In this document: one piece after another, positions 8,643 to 19,118 of the stretch
How positions within the stretch are numbered: the first letter of the stretch is position 1
Layout: every line of letters begins with the position of its first letter
Assembly: GCA_038747705.1 (NCBI GenBank)
Contig: JBCDJP010000002.1
Span: 73,395-137,394 of the forward strand
Reading direction: 5' to 3'
Length of the DNA stretch: 64,000 bases
Source of the DNA: Verrucomicrobiota bacterium
Lineage (GTDB): Bacteria; Verrucomicrobiota; Verrucomicrobiia; Verrucomicrobiales; Akkermansiaceae
The notes under the pieces: generated by a model
Told to the model about the DNA's origin: nothing
Seen by the model: the letters and a program-made list of their open reading frames with translations, nothing else
Database searches by the model: none
Made by a program: the position numbers and the translations under genes

Positions 8643-10747
8643 TTGGCAATGATTGGGATGCCAGAAGTGCTGGCCGCCGTGGCGGCGTTTGCGGCGGTCG
8701 CCATTGGTTTGGCGGCGGTGGTTCGGAAAGGAACTTCAGCCCCGAGCTGGTGCTTCCTCGTCGGCATGGTGCTGCTCGCCGTCGAGGTCGTCCTCGAAAC
8801 CCTGGCCAGTCGTTCGGTGCCAATCGTCGCCGCCGAGCGCATGGTGACGGTGCTTTTGGTCAAGTCGCTGCTTCCCGGCGTCTGGCTGGCTTTCAGTCTG
8901 CTCTACTGCCGGGGCGGAAAGCCGGACCTGATCCGGCGCTGGCGCTGGGCCTTGGTGGGGGCCTTCTTCATTCCTCCGCTGTGGGTGCTGGGATTCCGCA
9001 GCCATCTGGTAGGGCCGACCGATAGAGGCGTCGAGTTCCTGCCTGCGGCAGCTTTCCTGCTGGTGCTGGTCCTGCTGGCGACCGTGGCCATCCTCGTCAA
9101 TCTCGAGCGGACCTTCAGTTCGACGGCCGGTATCACCCGTTGGCGGATCAAGTATCTGCTGCTCGGCGCGGCGGTGATCTTCGGGGTCAAGATTTACGCG
9201 TTGAGTCAGGCACTGCTCTTCTCGGGCAACGGCACGGCAATCCCGGTGGTATCGTCGGTTGGGTTGATTGTCGGCTGCATCCTCATGACCGTCGGCTACG
9301 TTCGCCAGGGCTTCGGGGACTTCGATATCCATCCCTCAAGGACCGTTCTTCAGGGTTCGCTGACCTTCCTTTTCGCCGGCGGGTATCTTGCGCTGGTCGG
9401 GCTGCTCGCGCAGTGGGTTGAACGGCAGGGAGGCGCCGGTAGTTTTCCCTTGCAGGCCTTCATCGTCCTGATCGGGGTTACCGGTCTGGCGCTGATGCTT
9501 CTTTCCGATCGGGCACGAACTGGTCTCCAACGTTTCGTCAGTCGACACTTCCGTCGGCCAGAGCACGATTTCCGAAGCATCTGGTCGGAGTTCACCCATC
9601 GCACCACGGGCCTGGAAGAGCCCGGGGAAATCTGTGCCTCCACCGGCCGACTGATCGCGGGAACTTTCTCGGCGCTGAACGTCACCGTCTTCCTGCGACC
9701 TGAGGAAAGTGGGGAGCTGGTCTGGGTGTCGACCACATCGGAAGACGGCTGCAGTGAGGGCACTTGCGGGAGGATCAGCATGGAGAATGAGGCAGTGTCG
9801 CGGATCCTGCAGATTGGTCAGGCCTTCAATCTCGAGTCGTGTAAGGATCCCTGGGCTCTTGAACTCAAGGCCGCCTGCCCGAAGCAATTCAGTCACGGAG
9901 GTGACCGCACGGTGGTTCCCGTGGTCAGCGGTGATCGCTTTGTAGGAGTGATCCTGCTCGCGGATCGGGTCAATGGGGTTCCCTACACGGTGGAGGAACT
10001 CGAGTTGCTCGACTGCATTGCCGACCAGCTGGCGGTGGCCCTGCAGAACCGGATCCTCACCGAGGAAGTGATGCGTGCGCGGGAGCTCGAGGCATTCCGG
10101 ACCATGTCGACCTTCTTTGTTCACGACCTGAAGAATGCGGCAAACCGGCTGAACCTGATGCTTCAGAATCTGCCTCAGCATTTCGACGACCCGGAGTTTC
10201 GCGAAGATGCGCTCCGGGGTGTTGGCAAGACGGTGGATCGCATCAACGGATTGATCGTGAAGCTCGGGGCCTTGCGGCAGGACCTTGAACTCAGTCCCGC
10301 CGACACCGATCTGAGCGAGCTGGTGCGGGATGTGATCGGTACGCTGGAGGATGAAATGCCTTTTGAGGAAGTGGTTGATGAGCTCGGTCCGGTGCCGGCG
10401 GTGCCGCTGGATCGCGAGCAGATGCGAAGCGTGATCACCAACCTGGTCATCAATGCAGGTGAAGCGGTGAATGGAGATGGCAGGCTGAAGCTGGCGACCA
10501 TGAGCAGCCCCGGCCGGGTGACCCTGACCGTCAGCGACAACGGCTGCGGGATGGAGCGAAACTTTGTCCGGAAGAAGCTCTATCGTCCGTTTTCCTCAAC
10601 CAAGAGTGCTGGCCTGGGCATTGGCATGTTTCAATGCAAGCGGATCATCGAAGCCCACAATGGAACAATCCATGCCGAGACTGAACCCGGCGAGGGTACG
10701 ACCTTCCGAATCACCCTTCCTGCGCCGGGTGAGACAACTGACTCCTG

Positions 10748-10748
<1 letters not shown>
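8643..10748 (+). CDS. prsK: PEP-CTERM system sensor histidine kinase
   Basis: About 8 N-terminal TM segments, GAF domain, FFVHDLKN H-box, NLVINAGEA, SDNGCGM, GLGIGMFQCK; directly upstream of a sigma-54 response regulator. Confidence 0.88.
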
Positions 10749-12097
<1,349 letters not shown>

Positions 12098-12314
12098 GGG
12101 CTGTCTTTGCTTCGCCTTCAGGCCGTCGGTGACTTTTCCACCTGACTTGGTATTCTAAGTGGCTAGCAATTAGGGGCATACAAAGAATACCGTGAGGCAG
12201 AGTGCGAAAAGCGTCGGGATTTCTTACGGATAGGAACATCTTGGTGGCTTCGAGATATTTTCCATTTTTTTAACTCGTTTATCCGTAGTTACTTAGGAAT
12301 GGTTAATTCTTGTT

Positions 12315-12330
12315 TGGCACGGTGGGTGCT
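12315..12330 (+). promoter_or_regulatory. Sigma-54 (-24/-12) promoter
   Basis: TGGCAC-GGTGG-GTGCT: GG at 12316-17 and GC at 12328-29, exact N10 spacing, 73 nt upstream of the ATG. Confidence 0.8.
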
Positions 12331-12402
12331 TTTAGTGAATCGATCAACCGAACGGTTGAGACTTCCGGTCGGTATTCAGCAGACCGGACGCCCCCCTAGC
12401 TG

Positions 12403-12828
12403 ATGAATTTTCCTCCCACGCCATCGCTCGTATTTGCGGCGATGCTCGTATCTCTCGCTTCGGCGACTGGTACCGCGGTGAGACTTGATTCCTCGTCTCG
12501 GGACTTCGCTCCGCTCGTCGCCCTGAGCTCCACTCCGGAATCGATGGTCGGGCTTGGATCACCAACCAACAACAACTTCGCAGAAGAATCTATCCCGATG
12601 TCGAACGTCGGTGTACCGGGAGCTGAGGGGCTCTGGGACACGAGCACCGCGCGTTCGGTATTGGGGAGGCAAGGGAGTTTGACTTACGCGGCCGGGTTCG
12701 TCCCGGTCACCGCTGAAAATCGGGGGGGGAACCAAATCCCCGATGGCGGAAGTATGGTAGCTCTGCTGGGGATCGCGCTTCTAGGGCTTCAGGGAGGGCG
12801 CCGGTTGATCAGGGCCCACAGGCTCTGA
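12403..12828 (+). CDS. Small VPDSG-CTERM (PEP-CTERM variant) sorting-domain protein
   Basis: N-terminal signal peptide; C-terminus IPDGGSMVALLGIALLGLQGGRRLIRAHRL (motif, TM, basic tail). Confidence 0.8.
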   Translation: MNFPPTPSLVFAAMLVSLASATGTAVRLDSSSRDFAPLVALSSTPESMVGLGSPTNNNFAEESIPMSNVGVPGAEGLWDTSTARSVLGRQGSLTYAAGFVPVTAENRGGNQIPDGGSMVALLGIALLGLQGGRRLIRAHRL

Positions 12829-12862
12829 TTAACCAAGAAACTCGATCCCCTTCTGCAGTAAT

Positions 12863-12902
12863 GAGTCGGGCAGGACTTCGGTCCTGTCCGGCTCTTTTTT
12901 TT
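12863..12902 (+). terminator. Rho-independent terminator
   Basis: GAGTCGGGCAGGAC-TTCG-GTCCTGTCCGGCTC followed by T8. Confidence 0.92.
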
Positions 12903-12968
12903 GCCCGGAGGCCACCGGGCAGCGGGTCCGCTTGCGGGGAAGGGGATTCGCGACTACATCGGGGGCCG

Positions 12969-15134
12969 ATGCCCTTCGAACTTGTCAGTGACTATCAGGC
13001 GATGGGCGACCAGGCCCAGGCGATCGACAAGCTGGCGAGGTCGCTCGACGCCGGAAACGCCCACCAGACGCTGCTTGGCGTCACCGGCTCGGGCAAAACC
13101 TTCACCATGGCGAACCTGATCGCGCGTGCCGGCCGGCCGACGCTGATCATGAGTCACAACAAGACGCTCGCCGCCCAGCTCTACTCCGAGTTCAAGAACT
13201 TCTTCCCGCACAACGCGGTCGAATACTTCGTCAGCTATTTCGACTACTACCAGCCCGAGGCTTACATTCCCCGCACCGACACCTACATCGAGAAGGACTC
13301 GAGCATCAACGATGAGATCGAGCGATTGCGGCTGTCGTCGATGGGTTCGCTCCTGACCCGCGAGGATACCATCGTTATTGCATCGGTCAGCTGCATCTAC
13401 GGTCTCGGCTCGCCGGAGGACTATGAAGGCATGATGATCCCGGTCTGGGTCGGCCAGCAGATCGGGCGCGACCAGTTACTTGAGAATTTGGTCGGCCTGC
13501 TCTTCGAGCGCAATGACATCGCCTTCGGTCGCGGCAAGTTCCGGGTGCGGGGTGACGTGGTCGAAGTGCATCCGGCCTACCTCGATGAAACCGCGGTTCG
13601 GGTCGAGTTCTTTGGTGACGAGATCGAGCGGATCACCACGATTGACACGTTGACCGGCGCGGCGATCGAGCGAGTCGACAAATACACCTTTTTCCCTGCC
13701 AAGCAATTCGTGACGCCGGGCGACAAGATGAAGCGGGCGATCGTTGAGATACGCAAGGAGGCCGATGCCCGGGTGGCGGAGTTCGAGAGCGAAGGCAAGC
13801 TGATCGAGGCTCAGCGTTTGCGAATGCGGACCGACTACGACATCGAGATGATGAACGAGATGGGCCTCTGCCAGGGGATCGAGAACTACTCGCGCCATCT
13901 GACCGGTCGCCCGCCCGGGGCCCGGCCCTACACGCTGCTCGATTTCTTCCCTGAGAACTTCCTGACGATCCTGGATGAGAGTCACGTCACCATTCCGCAG
14001 GTTGGTGGGATGTTTGAGGGCGACAAGAGCCGCAAGACGGTGCTGGTCGACCACGGCTTCCGCTTGCCGAGCGCGCTCGACAACCGGCCCTTGCGCTTCG
14101 ATGAGTTCATGCAGATGACCGGGCAGCGGCTTTATGTTTCGGCCACTCCGGGACCCTTTGAGATCGTCAACTCACGCGCTGACAACCAGCGCTACATTCC
14201 GGTCAAGCGGCGCAAGGACGGGCGGGGCTTTGATCACATCGACCTGAAGAAGCTGCGGATCAAGCCGAGCGGTAACAGTGAGTCCGTGGAGGATTTCGAT
14301 CCCACCGACGCGAAGCGACCGTTGGTGGTCGAACAGATCATCCGGCCGACCGGTCTGCTCGATCCGCAGTTGGTGCTGAGGCCGTTGAAGGAGCAGATCG
14401 ACGAGACCATTGAGCTTTGTCGTCAACGGGTTGAGCGGGGGGAGCGTGTGTTGGTGACCACCTTGACGAAGAAGACCGCCGAGGACCTCACTGAGTATCT
14501 TCAGGGCACCGGGCTGAAGGTTCGTTATATTCACGCCGATGTGGATGCCGTCGAGAGGGTCGAGATCCTTCGCCAGCTGCGTGCCGCCGCCTTCGATATC
14601 CTCGTCGGGATCAACCTGTTGCGTGAAGGTTTGGACCTTCCGGAGGTGTCGTTGGTTTGCATCCTCGATGCCGACAAGGAGGGCTTCCTTCGCAATGAAA
14701 CCAGCCTGATCCAGACGGCGGGCCGGGCCGCTCGCCATGTCCGCGGCGAGTGTGTGCTCTTCTGCGACGAGGTCACCGATTCGATTCAGCGGCTGCTGGA
14801 TGTGACCGAGTATCGTCGCACCCGACAGGCCGAGCACAACGAGGCTCATGGCATCACGCCGACCAGCGTCAAGCGGGCGGTGCAGGAGAGCTTGCAGCTT
14901 TATTCCAACCAGCGTGAGGGTGCCGATAAGCTGAACCGCTCGCTGGTGGCCGACGACGAGGAGGTCTACGACAAGGTCCGGGTGCTGGCCGATCTTGAGC
15001 GGGAGATGCGCGATGCGGCGGGCAAGCTGGAGTTTGAGCGCGCGGCGCACCTGCGCGACCAGATCGCGAAGCTCAAGGGTCAGGACGAGCCAGCTCCGAA
15101 GAAGAAGGTGAAGTACGGCAAGGGAGGAAAATGA
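12969..15134 (+). CDS. uvrB: Excinuclease ABC subunit B
   Basis: QTLLGVTGSGKTFT, HNKTLAAQLY, YDYYQPEAY, DESH, INLLREGLDLPEV, C-terminal UVR coil; start set at MPFELVSDY. Confidence 0.98.
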   Translation: MPFELVSDYQAMGDQAQAIDKLARSLDAGNAHQTLLGVTGSGKTFTMANLIARAGRPTLIMSHNKTLAAQLYSEFKNFFPHNAVEYFVSYFDYYQPEAYIPRTDTYIEKDSSINDEIERLRLSSMGSLLTREDTIVIASVSCIYGLGSPEDYEGMMIPVWVGQQIGRDQLLENLVGLLFERNDIAFGRGKFRVRGDVVEVHPAYLDETAVRVEFFGDEIERITTIDTLTGAAIERVDKYTFFPAKQFVTPGDKMKRAIVEIRKEADARVAEFESEGKLIEAQRLRMRTDYDIEMMNEMGLCQGIENYSRHLTGRPPGARPYTLLDFFPENFLTILDESHVTIPQVGGMFEGDKSRKTVLVDHGFRLPSALDNRPLRFDEFMQMTGQRLYVSATPGPFEIVNSRADNQRYIPVKRRKDGRGFDHIDLKKLRIKPSGNSESVEDFDPTDAKRPLVVEQIIRPTGLLDPQLVLRPLKEQIDETIELCRQRVERGERVLVTTLTKKTAEDLTEYLQGTGLKVRYIHADVDAVERVEILRQLRAAAFDILVGINLLREGLDLPEVSLVCILDADKEGFLRNETSLIQTAGRAARHVRGECVLFCDEVTDSIQRLLDVTEYRRTRQAEHNEAHGITPTSVKRAVQESLQLYSNQREGADKLNRSLVADDEEVYDKVRVLADLEREMRDAAGKLEFERAAHLRDQIAKLKGQDEPAPKKKVKYGKGGK

Positions 15135-16344
15135 AGCCGTCGGCATCGATGCGCGATCCTTCCGGCAGGGCGATCCCTTCCTCGCCGGCGGCGGGTCCGT
15201 GGATCACGAAGGTGCCGTCCTTGCCTGCCCGTGGGTAAAAGCCCGGTAGCAGCATGCCGCGGGATCCTTCGCGACTTCCGGGTTGTTTGGGGCTGCTCGA
15301 GTGAGCCTTGGGCGGATCGGGAGCCGACATCGAGACGATGATTCCGTCGATTGCCAGACAGGGAAGGTGCTGCCAGCCGTTTTTTGAGAAAGGTTCATCG
15401 GCCATGTCACCAAAGTCGAAGAAGTAGCGCGAGCCTGTTGGTTCCGTCTGCGTTTCGAGGTGCTCGCGAAGCCGGTCACCGCCAAGCCAGTGTTCGTGAT
15501 CGGAATCGGGTTCGGCTTTTGCGCGGTAAAGCCCGGCGAAGCCCTCCAGTGCGCCGAGCCGGATGAGCTCCGGATCGTTGGCGAGTATCGAAAAGCTGCG
15601 ACGCCGGGGCAGGGCGTTGATCTGGCCGAGCTGGTAACCATTGATCCAGTCGCGCTGCCGGTCCTCAGGCCAGCGGGAGTGGGTGATTCGATCGTTCAGG
15701 GCTGCGGTCGATGTCTCGAGGAGCACCTCGCGGATCTTCTCCAGAGAAACTTCGTCGGGTGCGAGGGGTGGGGCGAAGGCGAAGTGCATCCGGTAGGGAA
15801 GGCGATGCGGCCACTTGGTGAAGTAACGGTTGCCTTCGAAGGAAAAGATCGATCCCCAAGGGCCGTCGGACCAGACCGCGACGCTCGGGCATCCGGCCAG
15901 GCGGGCGATCAGTTCGCAGCCCCGTTTGAGTTCCTGGAGCGTGCCGGTGCGGCTGAGCTGGCCTTCGGGGAAAATGCAGACCACGTCGCCTTTCCGGATC
16001 GCGTCAGCTGCGATTTTCAGGGCCTCGCGCGGCTTGCCGGTGGTGATCGGCACGGTATTGAATAGCTTGCAGAAGCCGCGAATCAGCGGGTTCTTCATGA
16101 AGCTGCCCTCCATCACGAAGCGCACCGGTCGGGGACAGGCGGCGGTGAGGAAGAAGGCGTCCGCCCAGCTGATGTGATTCGGCAGTAGGAGTACGCCGCC
16201 CTGCTTCGGGAAATGTTCCGTCTGCACCGAACGGATGCGGTAGAAGAAGTGGATGATTGCCAGACCGAGCGTGCGAACGACACGGGTGGGCCAGCTGCCC
16301 AGGCCCGTGGTCGGCGTTTCATTCCTTTCCTCGGCCCGATCCAT
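15073..16344 (-). CDS. Lysophospholipid acyltransferase (PlsC/Aas N-terminal type) with a degenerate C-terminal tail
   Basis: LLPNHISWAD (HxxxxD), CIFPEGQLSRTG, ELKRG. Confidence 0.82.
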   Translation of the reverse strand: MDRAEERNETPTTGLGSWPTRVVRTLGLAIIHFFYRIRSVQTEHFPKQGGVLLLPNHISWADAFFLTAACPRPVRFVMEGSFMKNPLIRGFCKLFNTVPITTGKPREALKIAADAIRKGDVVCIFPEGQLSRTGTLQELKRGCELIARLAGCPSVAVWSDGPWGSIFSFEGNRYFTKWPHRLPYRMHFAFAPPLAPDEVSLEKIREVLLETSTAALNDRITHSRWPEDRQRDWINGYQLGQINALPRRRSFSILANDPELIRLGALEGFAGLYRAKAEPDSDHEHWLGGDRLREHLETQTEPTGSRYFFDFGDMADEPFSKNGWQHLPCLAIDGIIVSMSAPDPPKAHSSSPKQPGSREGSRGMLLPGFYPRAGKDGTFVIHGPAAGEEGIALPEGSRIDADGFIFLPCRTSPSSSELARPDP

Positions 16345-16610
16345 CCGGCGCGAAGCTAGGGGAGGCGCCTGCGGTGGGCAACGTCAGGTTTTCCCCGACC
16401 TCACGCGATCGCGGGATGGAATCGATGGAGAAGCTGTGGGAATCTGTCACTGCTGTAGAATGCCGAAAGGCGGAAGCTGGAAAGCAGTGACCGTTGGAAG
16501 GCCAGACTGAGAATCGTGGATTCCATCCACTCCTGTTTCGGGAAGGGTGGCTCGTAATACCCTCCGGGGGGAAGTTACGAGCCACCCTTTTTCGCTTCTT
16601 GGAAGCCGCT

Positions 16611-17615
16611 TCAGCTCAGTGGCGGTGGCCCGCCGGCGGGTGCCAGCTTGGGCTCGGGGCCCTTGCCTCCATCGAGCATCTTCGCCAGTGAGGCGACGGT
16701 GCCACCGATGTCCGAGAGGTTCTGGGGAATGATCAGCGTGTTGCCCTCCTTGGCGAGCTTGCCGAACTCCTTCACGTACTGCTCGGCGACCCGCAGGTTG
16801 ACCGCGGATTGACCGCCCGGTGCCTCGATCGACTCGGCGATCCGGCGGATCCCGTCAGCGGTGGCGTTGGCCAGCAATTCGATTTCGCGGGCCTTGCCCT
16901 CAGCTTCGTTGACCTGAGCCAGTTTGCGAGCCTCGGAGACCTTGATGGCTTCCTGCTTCTCACCCTCGGCGACGTTGATCTGGGCCTCGCGCTGACCTTC
17001 CGAAAGTGCGATCTGGGCACGGCGTTCGCGTTCCGCACGCATCTGTTTCTCGAGTGCGTCCTGGACCGACTGAGGCGGCTTGATGTTGGCGATTTCGTAG
17101 CGGGTGATCTTCAGTCCCCATGGCTCCGACGCCTTGTCGAGCGCCTGAATGACCGAGGCATTGATCATGTCGCGCTCCTCGAAGGTGCGGTCGAGCTCGA
17201 TCTTGCCGATCTCGGAGCGGAGCGTGGTCTGGGCGAGCTGCGAGGCAGCGAAGTAGTAGTTCTCGATCCCGTAGGATGCCGCTTTGGCGTCGAGGACCTG
17301 CATGTAGAGCACCCCGTCGATCTCGATGGCGATGTTGTCCTTGGTGATGCAGACCTGCGAGGGCACATCGACGGCCACCTCCTTGAGCGAGTGCTTGTAG
17401 GCCACCCGGTCAAAGAAGGGGACGAGGATGTGGAAGCCGGCTTCGAGGGTCTTGCGATACTTGCCCAGTCGTTCGACGACGTAGGCCTGCCGCTGCGGAA
17501 CGACCCGGGCGGTCTTCAGGAGGACGATGATGACGACCACGACGGCAACCACCGCGATGATGATCGGTGCGGGATTGCGGTCGCTCGCCGCAAGGAGTGA
17601 TGGGATGATGGTCAT
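16611..17615 (-). CDS. SPFH/band 7 (stomatin-like, QmcA-type) membrane protein
   Basis: VVPQRQAYVVERLGKY, ITKDN, AQTTLRSEIG, QMRAERERRA. Confidence 0.93.
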   Translation of the reverse strand: MTIIPSLLAASDRNPAPIIIAVVAVVVVIIVLLKTARVVPQRQAYVVERLGKYRKTLEAGFHILVPFFDRVAYKHSLKEVAVDVPSQVCITKDNIAIEIDGVLYMQVLDAKAASYGIENYYFAASQLAQTTLRSEIGKIELDRTFEERDMINASVIQALDKASEPWGLKITRYEIANIKPPQSVQDALEKQMRAERERRAQIALSEGQREAQINVAEGEKQEAIKVSEARKLAQVNEAEGKAREIELLANATADGIRRIAESIEAPGGQSAVNLRVAEQYVKEFGKLAKEGNTLIIPQNLSDIGGTVASLAKMLDGGKGPEPKLAPAGGPPPLS

Positions 17616-17630
17616 GATGAGTTGGATGGA

Positions 17631-18107
17631 TTAGCGGTTGCGGACGTGGAGGGTGAGTCCCTCGCGGTGATCGATGATGACGGTGGTGCCGGCGACGATG
17701 GTCGCATCGGCGCGGGCCTTCCATTCGGCGCCCTTGATCTCGACCCGGCCGTCGAGGCCGGGGCCGGGGATGTCCCTGACGACGCTGGCCTCACGGCCGG
17801 TGTAGTCGTCGTCCATGTCGCCGTTTTCATCGTTGCTCTTGCCGACGAACCAGCCTTTGACGAGATGGCGCAGGGAAAAGAGCAGGACGATCGAACTGGC
17901 TCCGAACATCAGTGTCTGGGAGGTTAGTGACGTGGTCATTCCGAGCCAGGTGCTCAGAGAGGTGAGCAGGGCGCCGGCACCGAAGAAGCCGATCACGACA
18001 CCTGGAACCATGAACTCTGCGAGAATCAGCAGGGCTCCGGCAATGAACCATAGAGTTACGGGGTCGTTCATGATGGTGGGTTCGGGATTCGTCATCATTT
18101 CTACCAC
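17631..18107 (-). CDS. NfeD family protein (YbbJ-like), partner of the SPFH protein
   Basis: W..AG.LL..AE N-terminus, TM segments, GRVEIKGAEWKA OB-fold; start may be 18072. Confidence 0.88.
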   Translation of the reverse strand: MVEMMTNPEPTIMNDPVTLWFIAGALLILAEFMVPGVVIGFFGAGALLTSLSTWLGMTTSLTSQTLMFGASSIVLLFSLRHLVKGWFVGKSNDENGDMDDDYTGREASVVRDIPGPGLDGRVEIKGAEWKARADATIVAGTTVIIDHREGLTLHVRNR

Positions 18108-18224
18108 AAGCTCAGACGGCGGCTTTTATAAACGCCTGACCGGATTGGAGTGCCGGCGGGATCCCCGAACTTGCTTGAATGCAGGCTTGTCGGGTGTGCG
18201 TGGAACGTGCGATAGCTTTCCCCT

Positions 18225-19088
18225 ATGCGTTGGGAAGGTCGCCGGAAGAGCCGCAATGTCGAAGACCGGAGGGGACGAAGGGGTCGCCGTGGTGGCGGCA
18301 TGGCGATGAGTGGTGGAACCCTGATCCTGATCATCATCCTTGCGTTGGTCTTCAAGCAGAACCCCTTGTCGCTGCTCGAACAGGTGGGTGGAGGTCCGGG
18401 GATGGGTGCGCCGGTTGAAAGTGGCGCTCCGCTGACGGCGGAGCAGAAGAGAATGGGAGATTTCGTGGCGACAGTGCTGGCGGACACCGAGGATATCTGG
18501 ACCGAGGAATTCCGGCAGATGGGCCGGAGCTACGAGGCGCCGCGAATGGTCTTGTTTTCCACCGCGACGCAGAGCGGCTGCGGTTTTGCCAATGCGCAGG
18601 TCGGGCCATTTTACTGTCCTGCCGACCGGACGATCTACATCGACCTTTCCTTCTTCGAGGAACTGAAGCGCCGTTTCGGGGCGCCGGGTGACTTTGCCCA
18701 GGCATACGTGATTGCCCATGAAGTCGGGCACCACGTTCAGAACCAGCTTGGGATATCCGGACAGGTCCACCGGAAGCAGCAGCAACTGCGCAAGGCCGAG
18801 GCGAATGAGCTTTCGGTCAGGCTTGAGCTGCAGGCCGATTTTCTGGCCGGGCTGTGGGCGAGGAAAGGCCAGGACAAGTTCAACTTCCTCGAAGCGGGGG
18901 ACATCGAGGAGGCGCTGCGGGCTGCCAATGCGATCGGTGACGACACCCTGCAGAAACAGGCGCAGGGGCGGGTGGTTCCGGACTCCTTCACCCATGGCAC
19001 CTCGGAGCAGCGGATGCGGTGGTTCATGAAGGGCTTCAAGGGCGAGGCCTTTGATCCGAACAACACCTTTTCGGCACGGGACCTGTAA
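18225..19088 (+). CDS. Neutral zinc metallopeptidase (YpfJ-like)
   Basis: MRWEGRRKSRNVEDRRG, GPFYCPAD, AHEVGHHVQ (HExxH), ELQADFLAG, FTHGTSEQR. Confidence 0.93.
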   Translation: MRWEGRRKSRNVEDRRGRRGRRGGGMAMSGGTLILIIILALVFKQNPLSLLEQVGGGPGMGAPVESGAPLTAEQKRMGDFVATVLADTEDIWTEEFRQMGRSYEAPRMVLFSTATQSGCGFANAQVGPFYCPADRTIYIDLSFFEELKRRFGAPGDFAQAYVIAHEVGHHVQNQLGISGQVHRKQQQLRKAEANELSVRLELQADFLAGLWARKGQDKFNFLEAGDIEEALRAANAIGDDTLQKQAQGRVVPDSFTHGTSEQRMRWFMKGFKGEAFDPNNTFSARDL

Positions 19089-19118
19089 CGGTCGGGCAAG
19101 AGTCGGCTTCCAGCGCGG

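Noticed and set aside
14164-14332. Intein in uvrB
   Set aside because: Too short, and lacks the N-terminal Cys/Ser and C-terminal His-Asn splice motifs.
16382-16400. CGTCAG-N7-CCGACC as another PrsR-box copy
   Set aside because: Spacer is 7 rather than 5, and no sigma-54 motif lies at a suitable distance.
16446-16491. Known riboswitch or hammerhead ribozyme
   Set aside because: No conserved cores of TPP, cobalamin, c-di-GMP, SAM, glycine or hammerhead (CUGAUGA) seen; kept only as an unassigned structure.
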